Positions 33,914-44,884 are shown, numbered from the whole stretch's first letter. The stretch: DNA of 63,535 nucleotides, filler included, from Stramenopiles sp. TOSAG23-3 (GCA_900128585.1; 34 parts of 34 records of this genome joined end to end with filler, not necessarily neighbours in it), one strand, 5' to 3'. Notes: generated by a model not told the origin, from the letters alone. Translations and numbers: made by a program.

Positions 33914-35098
33914 TTAAAGCCTCCATTGACCAGGTGGGGGGTTAGGGCCTTGGCCCGGCCAACTGGGGCCTTGGCCCGGCATAGGCCCGGGGCGGCCGGG
34001 CCAACGCCGCCCAGCTTCTTCGTCGTAAAAGTCTTCATGTTCATCTCCCCAAAAGTTGAAGTTATACCTCGCATTACCGATTTTAAAAGCACCCGCGGCT
34101 TCGTCCTCCATTTCATCGTGACCTGGCCATCCTTGGGGGTTATGATTATCGTGAGGCAGTTTGTAATGACCGGTAAATTCGTCATCCATTTCATCGTCCA
34201 TTTCATCTTCATCATACAGTCTGCCAATCGGAGCAGGCCCTGGGCTCCCAGGCCTGTAACGTGCAGGCGGCGGGTTCAGGCCATCGATGAACAGGCATGC
34301 TGCAATCGCGATACACCGGCCTGCTCCTCCAACTTCTTCGTCCTCCATTTCATCGAGTGGCCTGTGAATCGGAGCGGGGCCTGGGCTCCCCGGCCTATAG
34401 CGCGGCGGTGGCGGGCTGAGGTTGTCAATGAAGAGGCATGCCCCAATCGCGAAGCATCGGCCAGCGCGGCCGACAACTTCTTCGTCGTCCATTTCATCTG
34501 CATAAACTCTGCCAATCGGAGCAGGCCCTGGGCTCCCAGGCGTGTAACGTGCAGGCGGCGGGCTCCCGCCCTCAATGAACAGGCATGCTGCAGTCGCGCA
34601 CCACCGGCCAACGCCTCCGACGTCCTCTTCTACGTCCATTTCATACGAAGTTAGTCGTCTTGGTCGGCACTGTTGCAATGTTGGGGCGATCTTTCGCCCG
34701 TGCTCCCAGAAGCATTCCTGGTCCTCTCCACACTTATCGCATAGTTCGTTGTACACGGCACGCTGGCAGCCCAGTGCAGCGCCAGTGTTTGGTGCTGCGG
34801 CCACCGCCTTTTGGAAGGTAGCTTCACTGCAACGGGAACTACTGCGAAGTTGGCGGCGGGCCGGGAATTGGCACGCTGGCAGAGTCGGGGCAATCTTCGG
34901 GGCGTTCGACATGTAGCATCCTAAGTCGCGGCCACATTCTTCGCAAAGGGAGAAGAAAACAGCACGTTGGCATCCGACGGATGCTGCAGTTTTTGGAGCG
35001 TTTTCAATCGCGGTTTGAAAGGCGCGCTCACTACACATTTCGAGGGCGGACGCCGTCGTGGCCAGGGCGGCAAGGACGAAAAGAAACGTTTTCATCAT
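33914..35098 (-). CDS. Secreted repetitive multi-core peptide precursor
   Basis: Complete 394 aa; signal peptide, two 6-Cys repeats, six acidic spacers alternating with core peptides. Confidence 0.85.
   Translation of the reverse strand: MMKTFLFVLAALATTASALEMCSERAFQTAIENAPKTAASVGCQRAVFFSLCEECGRDLGCYMSNAPKIAPTLPACQFPARRQLRSSSRCSEATFQKAVAAAPNTGAALGCQRAVYNELCDKCGEDQECFWEHGRKIAPTLQQCRPRRLTSYEMDVEEDVGGVGRWCATAACLFIEGGSPPPARYTPGSPGPAPIGRVYADEMDDEEVVGRAGRCFAIGACLFIDNLSPPPPRYRPGSPGPAPIHRPLDEMEDEEVGGAGRCIAIAACLFIDGLNPPPARYRPGSPGPAPIGRLYDEDEMDDEMDDEFTGHYKLPHDNHNPQGWPGHDEMEDEAAGAFKIGNARYNFNFWGDEHEDFYDEEAGRRWPGRPGPMPGQGPSWPGQGPNPPPGQWRL
34214..34642 (-). repeat. Three about 143-nt coding tandem repeats (spacer plus Cys/Pro core)
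   Basis: Repeated ACLFI...PPP.RY.PGSPGPAPI with high DNA identity. Confidence 0.95.
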
Positions 35099-35642
35099 CG
35101 TGTTGTTGATTGTTGTAAAATAGAGAGTAGTACTGTGAACCTCTTTAATGTCAATCAGTTAAATTTTGTCAGTTTTGACTTAATTTCTGTAAATGCGTGT
35201 CTATTTCTTCTTGAAAGTATTCCTTCTCTATAAACCAACGCCTTTACTTTCTCAACCAACCTACCTGCAGAGTTTAACAACTTGGTTCGTACAGGCACAG
35301 GTGTATTGGTGGTACGTGGCAGTATTATTAATACAATATATTTTTGACAACAAAATACTGTCCTCCACGCACACAACACGGCACTTCTTCAACATTTTTC
35401 TTTTCTCTCTCATTTATACATAGAAATAGCACCTAGCTCATCTATAAATTTTAATTTTATTCTTTGTTGAACAACTACTAACAACTACAAATGCTATGCT
35501 GTTCTTATATTATATTATTGTTGTTCTAAAAAAATAATAANNNNNNNNNNNNNNNNNNNNNNNNNNNNNNNNNNNNNNNNNNNNTTAATTAATTAANNNN
35601 NNNNNNNNNNNNNNNNNNNNNNNNNNNNNNNNNNNNNNNNTG

Positions 35643-36266
35643 GGCGGGGCGAAGAAGGGCGGGGCGAAGAAGGGCGGGGCGAAGAAGGGCGGGGCGAAGA
35701 AGGGCGGGACGACGGGGAAGAAGGGTGGGAGCAAAGCGAAGAAGGCCGCGGCGCCAAGCAAGGGCGGCGGCGGCGGGGGCAGCCCGAAACGGGGCGGCGG
35801 CAAGGGCGGCAAGGGCGGGGGGTCGTTCCTCGAACTGGGCGACGGACAGTCCCGGAAATCGGGAAAGGGCGGCGGTGCGGCGAAGACGAAGGCGACGTCC
35901 AAGAGCGGCGCGACGAAGAAAGGAGACAAAGGGGGAGGAGGGGCCGCGGACGACGTGTTGGCCTTGGCCGCGTCGAAAGCGAGCACGTACAAGATATCGT
36001 GCGAGTGCGACCAGGGGTGGTCGGGGCCAAAGTGCGAAGTAGACATGTTTGGGGCGAAGAAGAAGTGCTCCCCGCTCGATGCGTCCTGCAACAAGCCGCC
36101 CCTGCACCAGCTCCCCCCATGCTTTGGTTCCCCGACCGACTACGGCCTGGACGACCCGTGCTCCGACCCTAGGCGACAGTTTTACCCGTTGGTACCGATG
36201 CAACCCCCGCCGGCCCCCGAAGAGCCGTACCGGGAGCCCGCGACGGCGGCCGCCCGAACGGACTGA
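35643..36266 (+). CDS. Gly/Lys-rich protein with EGF-like C-terminal motif, 5' partial
   Basis: (GGAKK)4 from 15-nt repeats, in frame with SFLEL and CECDQGWSGPKC; very GC-rich. Confidence 0.7.
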   Translation, partial: GGAKKGGAKKGGAKKGGAKKGGTTGKKGGSKAKKAAAPSKGGGGGGSPKRGGGKGGKGGGSFLELGDGQSRKSGKGGGAAKTKATSKSGATKKGDKGGGGAADDVLALAASKASTYKISCECDQGWSGPKCEVDMFGAKKKCSPLDASCNKPPLHQLPPCFGSPTDYGLDDPCSDPRRQFYPLVPMQPPPAPEEPYREPATAAARTD

Positions 36267-37169
36267 GCGCGGAGGAGTCCTGTTTTTTTCAGGCGCGTTG
36301 CGTGGGACGAAGTGTTTTAAAAAACAAAAAATATATAAACTAATTAATGCATCGTATGATATGTTTTACGACACTTGAAAAGGAAAAAAAAAGAAGGCAA
36401 ACCATTCAAGAACCAAAACTCCTCCTTGTTCCAGAATACGTACGTATCTTTCTGAAGATCTAAATCGGTGAAGATTATCGTTGATTTTCCACTTCAGGGC
36501 GTATTCGTATTATTCTCGCACCATCACTCTCAGCATATTCTGCACCATGTCCATCGAACAAGGAAGACAAAGAGAGCACAGCAAATAGCCGTCGCGACAT
36601 AATGTTTATAACAGCCAATTTTCTTGTTTTTGTTTATGCCTCGTATGCGTCTATGCTCTGTTATTTTTTAAATTTTATGAAGAGGGAAGAATTAGTGTAA
36701 ATCTCTAATAAAGAGTTTATAAAAAATGAAATTTGCATACTACACCATGGATGAAAAAAAACCAATACACGACGATTGATAAACTGACTTTTAGGTTTTT
36801 CTGTTTTAATGTGAGAGATGTATTTCATCATAATAAAAATTTACTAGAGATAATATATCAAATTATTCTTGGTTTTTCATTAAAAATTTACTAAATTAAA
36901 AAAATATAAAAATATATGTTCTTGTTGTGGGGAGATCCGTGTCCCTTTGACAAAATTCAACATCATCTGCCACAGACGCCGACGAATTCACCCCACCACG
37001 CGCGATTGCTCCACGCCACCATTTCGATCTCCTGATGATTGGCACGGGCTCTTATCTTCCTTGAACTCGCGCGTCCCTTCTTCCCCCCATCTTCTCTGTA
37101 CAAATGCGAATGCCCCCCCGACCGATGCACATCTTCAAAACGTGCACCCGCCTTCCCCCCCCCCTCCCC

Positions 37170-37410
37170 CTACTTGTGCTTTGCCTTTCGGAACGACTTG
37201 TTCCCTAGCAGGCTCTCCTTGCGTTGGTTCTTCTCCTCCTCCGAGATCAGCCCGCTCTTGAAGTCGCCGCTTATCTCGGCCAACTTCTGCGCCGTTGGGC
37301 TGAGCAGAAAGTCTTCCCCGTCGAAGCTGGCGGGCAGCCCCCCCAGGCTCATCTTCATGGCCCGCTTCTTCAGGGGCTTGTCGAGGTCGAGGTCGAGCCG
37401 GGGGACCCCC
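37170..37410 (-). CDS. C-terminal fragment with SHOCT-like motif
   Basis: QKLAEISGDFKSGLISEEEKNQRKESLL; frame open from the contig end. Confidence 0.4.
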
Positions 37411-37524
37411 NNNNNNNNNNNNNNNNNNNNNNNNNNNNNNNNNNNNNNNNNNNNTTAATTAATTAANNNNNNNNNNNNNNNNNNNNNNNNNNNNNNNNNN
37501 NNNNNNNNNNAGTATGGCACTCAC

Positions 37525-38910
37525 GTGCCGATAACGATTGGGACGGAAGATTCCACCACATTTGTGCTCTCCAATCGAACAGGGGCCACGTCAAAGGGAA
37601 ACATACCGTACGTAGATCTCTACCATGTCGAAGGACCGGACAGCAACAAGTCCAAGGGAATCAAGCAAAAATCCATCATCAAAAAGGGGGTAACGCGCAG
37701 AATTTGGACATCTGATCATAATGGGGAGAAATACCAGAAGGTCCATGTTCTGCTACCGTCCAAGCCTGGCTGCAGCGTTCATGGCGGTGGAAGTACTATT
37801 CGGGCCATTGTTTCATCGGAAACCTCCTCAATGCCTTTGAACTTTTATTTGTGCGATTTGTCGCTCGACTACAGGTACAGCAATGTTGGGTTGCCAAACG
37901 TTGGTGTTTTCCCCTTAACATTTAGGAAGCATCCGTATCCTTCCCTGAAGGGGTACTCCAAGGACATAATTCGGTACTGCAGAAGAGGGGACGGCATTGA
38001 ATTAAACGGGACCTTGTACCTGCCCTCAGGCTACGACAAGACTGACCCAAAACGAAAGCTTTTGCCTCTGCTAATATGGGCCTACCCGCGAGAGTTTAAG
38101 AGTGCGAATGCAGCAAGTCAGGTCCGAGATTCGCCCTTTCGTTTTAGCGGTATTTACCCCACAAGCCCACTTTTGTGGCTCATACATGGGTTTGCTGTGC
38201 TCGAAGGTCCGGCCATGCCAATCGTAAGTCAGTCGGACGACGCCCGAGGGGCGAACGACACATACGTCACGCAGCTTGTCAACAGCGCTGCAGCAGCAGT
38301 GGATCATGTGTGCCAGACGCTTGAAGTATGCGACCGAAGGAAGGTGGCGGTAGGGGGCCATAGTTATGGAGCATTCATGACGGCGAATTTGCTTGCCCAC
38401 ACAGATGGCATGTTTGCATGCGGAATTGCGAGGTCTGGCGCGTACAACAGAACCCTAACGCCGTTCGGTTTTCAAGCCGAAGAAAGAACGCTGTGGGAAG
38501 CACCTTCTGTTTATTCAAAAATGTCTCCATTCATGAACGTTTCCCCGTCCATGAGCCCTATTTTATTGATCCACGGATCCGAGGACGAGAACAGCGGGAC
38601 TTACCCCCAGCAAAGTAAGAGAATGTTCAGTGCACTACGTGGCCATGGTGTCATGTCCCGGCTTGTGATGTTGCCCAAAGAGGGGCACGGTTACCGTGCG
38701 CGCGAAAGTATTTTGCACACGCTCGCAGAAACAGAAAATTGGCTCCGAAAGCACTGTTTGAAACGAGACAATGGAGAAGTTACCTTAATCCCACGTGGGG
38801 AGCAGCCGGAAGACTTTGCACTTGTACGCAACCGAAAAACAACGATGAAAATATTGGCCGCTGCCGTTGGGCTATGGGCAATAAAGGCCACCCTTAACAG
38901 TTCCGCGTAG
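37525..38910 (+). CDS. S9 family serine peptidase (glutamyl endopeptidase CGEP/S9D-like), 5' partial
   Basis: WAYPREFKS, GGHSYGAFMTANLL (nucleophile), GIARSGAYNRTLTPFGFQ, IHGSEDENSGT (Asp), EGHGYRARES (His). Confidence 0.92.
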   Translation: MPITIGTEDSTTFVLSNRTGATSKGNIPYVDLYHVEGPDSNKSKGIKQKSIIKKGVTRRIWTSDHNGEKYQKVHVLLPSKPGCSVHGGGSTIRAIVSSETSSMPLNFYLCDLSLDYRYSNVGLPNVGVFPLTFRKHPYPSLKGYSKDIIRYCRRGDGIELNGTLYLPSGYDKTDPKRKLLPLLIWAYPREFKSANAASQVRDSPFRFSGIYPTSPLLWLIHGFAVLEGPAMPIVSQSDDARGANDTYVTQLVNSAAAAVDHVCQTLEVCDRRKVAVGGHSYGAFMTANLLAHTDGMFACGIARSGAYNRTLTPFGFQAEERTLWEAPSVYSKMSPFMNVSPSMSPILLIHGSEDENSGTYPQQSKRMFSALRGHGVMSRLVMLPKEGHGYRARESILHTLAETENWLRKHCLKRDNGEVTLIPRGEQPEDFALVRNRKTTMKILAAAVGLWAIKATLNSSA

Positions 38911-39823
38911 TTGATTTTTGTCCTGGTTTTGTTTTGTTAGGTTAAAAAAAACTAATTTTGAATTGCTGTTGTATTTCATAGGGGGAGTTTTTATATATTG
39001 GACAAATGCTGAGTAGATTCATTTTTGCGGTATATGAGGAAGCTAAATTTTAATTACTTTAAAATAAATAACAGCCAATTTTCTTGAGTAAGTCCTTCAT
39101 CATATTCTCGCGAAAGATTTCGGAGAAACTACAAATTAAGCGTACATCTTCAGTAGTACTCGTCCTCATCTGTATGCCAGGATGGATAGCCCGAAGAGTG
39201 TGACTCTTTTGCGTACGGGTTCTGTGAAGGGGAAATCCATATTGGCTTTTTTGCATTGCCCCAATCGTTTACCCGTTGGNNNNNNNNNNNNNNNNNNNNN
39301 NNNNNNNNNNNNNNNNNNNNNNNTTAATTAATTAANNNNNNNNNNNNNNNNNNNNNNNNNNNNNNNNNNNNNNNNNNNNGTCCGTCCACAAGTCGTTATA
39401 TATTTCTATAGTCGTCTTTTTTTATTTATACACGAGGAGTGTATGTATTTTATTATATATTATTACATACATGTTTCAATATTGTGCATGCAACATGGAA
39501 CGGGGAATGAATGAATATAATAATAAATATCATATTATCATAGCTTCTTATTTATAAAATTACTATTATAAATATATTCTTCATTTTATATATAGTCTGT
39601 CTAGTAATACACTAAACTATGTAGTATTTATTATAATAGAAGATATTTTAAATTATTTACTTGGATACTTCTTTGTATCATACTAAAAAAAAGAAGAACA
39701 CGGTAACACGGCACAGTACACAGTACGTACTCAATAATTGAGTTTAAAGTTATTTGGAATATTCTAATAAAAGGGAGTCCTAAAATGTAAATCCAAATAT
39801 ATGAATATTATAATACATACCTA

Positions 39824-39899
39824 GAGCCTAATTGGACTAATATAGACAGACGACTGACTATGAGCCTAATTGGACTAATATAGACAGACGACTGACTAT
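39824..39899. repeat. Perfect 38-bp tandem duplication
   Basis: GAGCCTAATTGGACTAATATAGACAGACGACTGACTAT x2. Confidence 0.95.
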
Positions 39900-40476
39900 G
39901 GAATTTAAATAGAATCATTTGTTTTCTTCTCTTTAATTTTGTTCCAGTTGTATGATATTAGATCTATTAGATAGTAGTTCTATATAATAGTCCTCGTAGG
40001 CTATATAGATATGAAATACGAAGTAGAGAAGAGAGAGAGAGGCTACTCTCTATTAATCCTCGTACCTGGTAGGCAAGAAGCAAGAAGCAAAAGAGAGAGA
40101 GAGAGAGGAAGAAAGAGAAGGAAGAAAGAACGGGCCTTCTTCCCTTCATTTTAAAAAGAAGGGGAGCTAGATGAATGAGATATGAGATATGAGATATGAG
40201 AGAACCTATATATTATTATATAAAATATGTATGAGAGTAACGAAGTAGATATAGTATTTAACTATTATTATAAAGAAAGGAAAAGGTCATAAAAATTATA
40301 ATTAAAATTAAATACTTTACCAAGGGAAGAAAGAAGAAAAAGAGAAAAAGAGAAAGAGAGAAAGAGAGGAAGAGAACTTAAGGAAAAGGAAAGAAAGGGT
40401 TTTTTGAACAAACCTATTCTATTCTATTCTCTCTTCTTCTACCCAAGGGACGATCGATTGATCGATCGATCGATCG

Positions 40477-41148
40477 ATGGGAGGCCCCTGCTTGCCGTGG
40501 AATGAGGCACGCCGCGGTCGTCGTCATCGTCGTCGTCGCGCCATCTCCCGCCCCTTGTGCTTGTGCATCGTCGCCATCATTTTTGCCGTCTCATGCGGCG
40601 TTGCAACGGGGAGGGAGGGAAAGAAAGGCCAAAGGCCAGGCAGCCGTGGCGGCATCGACAATAGAGGATTAGAAGTCGACCGCAGCAGCGTTCGTAAGAA
40701 AGGCCAGGCGAGCCTGGACCGGCGCCCACGGGAGGTTTCCACGGCGCAACCTGTAGAGTTTCAAATGCGTTTCAAGCGGACCTTTGAAGCTAGCACCGTC
40801 AACGGCGGCGCACTCGCGGCGAAGTCCGGGCCGTCATCCGGCTCAGGGTCCAAGGGCGGCGGGTCGTCCAGCTCGAGTTCTGGGAGCAAGGGCGGTTCAA
40901 GCTCGGGCAGTACCGGGAGCAAGGGGGGCTCGGGCTCGGCAGCGAGCTCGAAGGCGTCGCAAAAGGAAGGCAGCGCTCAGGCAAAATCGTCGGAGAAGGC
41001 TGGCCAGGCCGAAGAGAAGTCGGGACAGCAGGCGGCCAAGGCCAGCGCAAAGAGCAGCCAGGCGGCGAAGAAGTCGAGCGACAAGGCGGCCAAGTCGGCG
41101 AAGAAGTCGAGCGACAAGGCGGCCAAGTCGGCGAAGAAGTCGAGCGAC
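40477..41148 (+). CDS. Signal-bearing Ser/Gly/Lys-rich repeat protein, 3' partial
   Basis: Hydrophobic LCLCIVAIIFAVSCGVATG, RFKR site, SG tract, 33-nt AKKSSDKAAKS repeats. Confidence 0.7.
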
Positions 41149-41457
41149 NNNNNNNNNNNNNNNNNNNNNNNNNNNNNNNNNNNNNNNNNNNNTTAATTAA
41201 TTAANNNNNNNNNNNNNNNNNNNNNNNNNNNNNNNNNNNNNNNNNNNNAAAAAGAAAAAGAAGAGAAAACAAATTGAAGTCATTGCTGAGAACGAAGTTG
41301 ACAGGCATAGCAAAAAGAAAAAGAAAAGAAAACAAAAGAAAACACCAGAAATCTGAAAACACAGCAACTCGCCTAATCTAGGAGAAATAATAATAATAGT
41401 TTCGAGTTAGTTATTAGTTATATATCACCCGGAGAGGGCTACATTTTCGAATTATAA

Positions 41458-41736
41458 AATTGCAATATTTTGTAGTATTCCTTAACATTATTCTTCAAGT
41501 ACAATGATATCCTATCACAATATGACCCTTCGAGATGCCTGGCAGGGGCCTATTTCTTTACCTAATTCTCGATAAAATGGGAGGAGCCGCTCGTGGATGC
41601 TGCTAAGGCTTCGTATGGACACACCCACTCAGGCCATTGTTTTGATAGGTTAATGTATTCAATACATTACATTAGTTTGGCCTGAGTGTAGATTGAAGAA
41701 TAATGTTAAGGAATTTAACTACAAAATATTGCAATT
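41458..41736. repeat. Foldback element: about 46-bp imperfect inverted repeats with nested hairpins
   Basis: 41458-41503 pairs with 41687-41736; CACTCAGGCCA (41626) pairs with TGGCCTGAGTG (41678); TAATGTATT-C-AATACATTA (41651-41669). Confidence 0.8.
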
Positions 41737-41869
41737 GTATTTAAAAGAAAAAATGGTGCATATGTAAATATAGCTCGGTTTTTGTTTTATCTTAATTAAT
41801 TTATACTACATAAAATAACTGTGAAAATATTTTTCAATTTCAAATGTCACAGCACAGAAAAAAATCCCT

Positions 41870-41972
41870 TGCCTGGTAGTTTAATCGGTAAAATACGGTC
41901 TTATTCCACGAGGTGAGGTGTTTATACGGTTATAGTTCGGAAGTCGTTGCAGTTCGTTCCCACTTGCAGCGA
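41870..41972 (+). pseudogene. tRNA-like / Pol III A-box and B-box-like remnant
   Basis: TAGTTTAATCGGTAAAAT D-arm and downstream GTTCG, but no matching acceptor stem. Confidence 0.3.
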
Positions 41973-42294
41973 AAATCAAGAATTGTTAAGGTTTTAAATT
42001 AATTTAATTGTTTCTACTCTATGACTATTTGTAATGTGGGTTAAGTAAAATATTAACCACACCCTTAAAACAACTTATCGGGGTTCTCGCCCGAGCGGGA
42101 GAACACGGGAGGCTGTTTAATTTTTGACTGCTTATTTTGAAATTGTTGGAATTATTGTATGAAAAAGAGAGGAAGCGGAGAGGTGTTGTTACTCATCGAA
42201 TGCTGAGGTTATCGGTGTCATGTTTTCATGACTAAATCAGCAACAACGATCACATTCTTGGCTGCGTAAAACGTTTCAAATTATCCATACGACC

Positions 42295-43016
42295 ATGCTA
42301 GTATGCCAGCGGCAAGCTGTGGTTCTTGTGTTAGCGATTGTAGCCACAGTAGACTGCCAATATACTGTTGACCAGGAAACGTATCCTACGAACCAGTACT
42401 TGGCAAAATGTTTAGGGAAGTCAAATGGTTTGAGTGCAGGCTCGCGCGTCTGCAGAGAGTTTGAGAACGGAGATCCAGACGCTTTTTCTTGCGATCCCAA
42501 CTACTTGGAGCGCCCTACTCTCTATCTTTCAACAAGTCCTTGGAAGTCATCGATTTTTGCGACATGGGTAGCAGAAATCATAATTTCCGAACGGCTACAT
42601 TATCCAGTACTAATCTCTGGAAACGTTGGTGGTAACCACGATTTTTACGGGAAAAAATCGAAAACCACAATGAATAGCAAGTCCTACAATTGGGAAGGAC
42701 TCTCAAATGCATATGAAGATATGACGTGTTCCACTGCTTATAGAAAAAGTCTCCCTTTTCCTCCTGATGTTCAAGGGCACCCGGACTGTGCAGTTTCCAC
42801 AGAAACTATTCTACCGGAAATAAGGAAAGGTGAAATCCCTTTGCACTGTAAACCTTGTACCCATGCCATGTTAGATGTATGGGAGAACCAAGATGCTGAA
42901 ATTTCCAAGTATATTTATGTCGATCGGGTTGCAGAAATGGCAGGACCTTTGGGGTATACGGGAGGACTCGGGTGGTATTTTCCAAAATCTGGGGTTGAAA
43001 AATTAAACATATCTAC
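42295..43016 (+). CDS. Secreted/receptor protein with glycine-betaine-type (OpuAC-like PBP2) ectodomain, 3' partial
   Basis: Signal peptide; PWKSSIFATWVAEIIISERLHYPV, HAMLDVW, AGPLGYTGGLGWYFP. Confidence 0.65.
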
Positions 43017-43296
43017 NNNNNNNNNNNNNNNNNNNNNNNNNNNNNNNNNNNNNNNNNNNNTTAATTAATTAANNNNNNNNNNNNNNNNNNNNNNNNNNNN
43101 NNNNNNNNNNNNNNNNGTGAGTTGAGTGATAAAAGAATGATTTTATCTCAAAAATGTGCTAGAGACTGGACACAGTGAAGTTTGCTGAGAAAATAATTAA
43201 TTTACAAGCCATCGAGTAAAAATTCGAATGTTTTAAGAAGTCTTGAAACCAAATTTAAAAGACACGCGGGTGCATTTTATTGCGAACGATCAGCGG

Positions 43297-44884
43297 TCAG
43301 AAGGTACGCAACTGGCCGGGGGGCTGTCTTCTCGCCTTTTTCTTCAACCGGGGCGGGGCGCCACCAAACTCTTCCCCATCGTCGACCCTCACTGCAAACT
43401 CCGACTCATCCGCCCACTTCATCGTCTTCGAACACTTCACCAACCACTCCATACTGACAGTATGAATGTGCCCCCACTTTTTCGCCCTTGCGAACTTGTC
43501 CCCAGTCGCATTTTGGCACACCAAATGGGTGCACTGGTGGTTCAAAACATCGGTAAAGGAGGCGCCAAGCTGGGTAGACAGTTTTGATATTTTGTGGCGC
43601 TTTTTCCCGCCGTACCCAGTCACGCAAATGGTGAGCTTTGCCAAAGGTTTGAAGGAAACGTTCGGGCGGCCCCTTCCCCCGCCCCTTCCGGGGGCAGCGT
43701 TTGCGGGTGAATCCCTCGCGCTGCCGGCGGCCTTCCGCTTTCCCAGCCCCAAGGGCACGCCGCCGCCCTTGGGGGATACCACCGAGCTCATGCTTTTGGA
43801 GCGTCTCACCGTGGCGCCAAGGCTAATTGTATTGGTCGAAGCCTTGTCTGCAGGGAACTGAAACGCGTACTCCTCGGAAATCCCCACGCGCGATGACGTT
43901 TTAATGCACTCCAGCAGCCACGGCAGTCCCACAATGCTTGGGCGGCGGCTGTCCAGGGAGTACGCCTTTAGGCGCGCTACTTGCTTGGCAGTCATCGGGC
44001 CCAGCCGCCGAGCGCCTCTCCCCCACGCCGCTGCTGACTCGGGGGACGGGGGCTTGGGCACCACGATGTGCGTCACCGTAGTGTTGTATTCGACAAAATG
44101 TAACGCGGCCGTCCCACGAAGCAGCACGCGAAGCAGGGCAACGTCGTCCGGTTCAAACCCGTAGAAATGAATGCGCAGCCCATCAAAAATTCTATCGAAA
44201 TGCTCAAGGTTTTGCCGTTCGGATATGGCCCCTTCTATCGTCTCCCGTTCGATCAGGGATACGCTGGTTCTGGGACCGGCCGAATCGCCGGCCGCTGTCC
44301 CATCGCTCGCCTCTATCGGCGGCCCGCTCGGGACGGCGCCCTTCACTTCCCCTTGCGCGGATTTCTTTTCCACCGGTGGGACCGCCATGTTTCGCTTGAT
44401 AATAAAGTTCGCGTGCGGAATACACGTGTTCAGTTTTTTGCAGGCTTCGATCCACTGGAATGAGACCACCGGGATTTCCCATTCGAGCGCGGCGTCAAAC
44501 TTGTCCATTCTCTCCAACGGTGGGAACGCCAACAAATGGGTCGTTTCTTGCAGGTTCATTTTCCTGCTAAAATCTCCTCCAAGGTCCGTTATCATCTTTT
44601 CCAGGACTTCCCGCTCCATGTCTTGGCTGTTTCCAGTGACGCATATGCTAAACGTCTCCAAGGGCAGAAATGTGCACCCGTCGGTGGGCAGGAGCTTCCT
44701 CGCTTCGAAACAGGACTGAATCCACCGCTGCTTCACCACCTTTATGCCGCGAGCGTACGCGAAAGCGCACTTCTCCGTGCCAAGGGCACGGGCAATCAAG
44801 TGCGTCACCCCACTGTGAACCTTTGGGGAGTATACGCCCCCGACTTGTTCTATCTGAGACTGGATCGTCCTGATCACGGCCTTT
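43297..44884 (-). CDS. TOPBP1: Multi-BRCT protein, TopBP1/Rad4/Dpb11-like, 5' partial
   Basis: Four BRCT repeats (THLIA..WIQSC; ICVTG..THLL..WIEAC; THIVV..WLLEC; ICVTGY..THLVC..GDKFARAKKW..WLVKC). Confidence 0.7.

Noticed and set aside
33000-38910. Apparent cluster of half-trypsin, peptide precursor and glutamyl-type S9 peptidase as a biosynthetic locus
   Set aside because: They lie on separate contigs ordered only by length, so adjacency carries no information.
39824-39899. 38-bp direct repeat as a CRISPR repeat
   Set aside because: Two adjacent copies with no spacer and no cas genes.
41538-41548. U1 snRNA (CCTGGCAGGGG)
   Set aside because: Lacks the preceding ATACTTA and downstream U1 stem-loops.
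41870-41972. Functional tRNA gene
   Set aside because: The D-arm is plausible but acceptor and anticodon stems cannot be closed.
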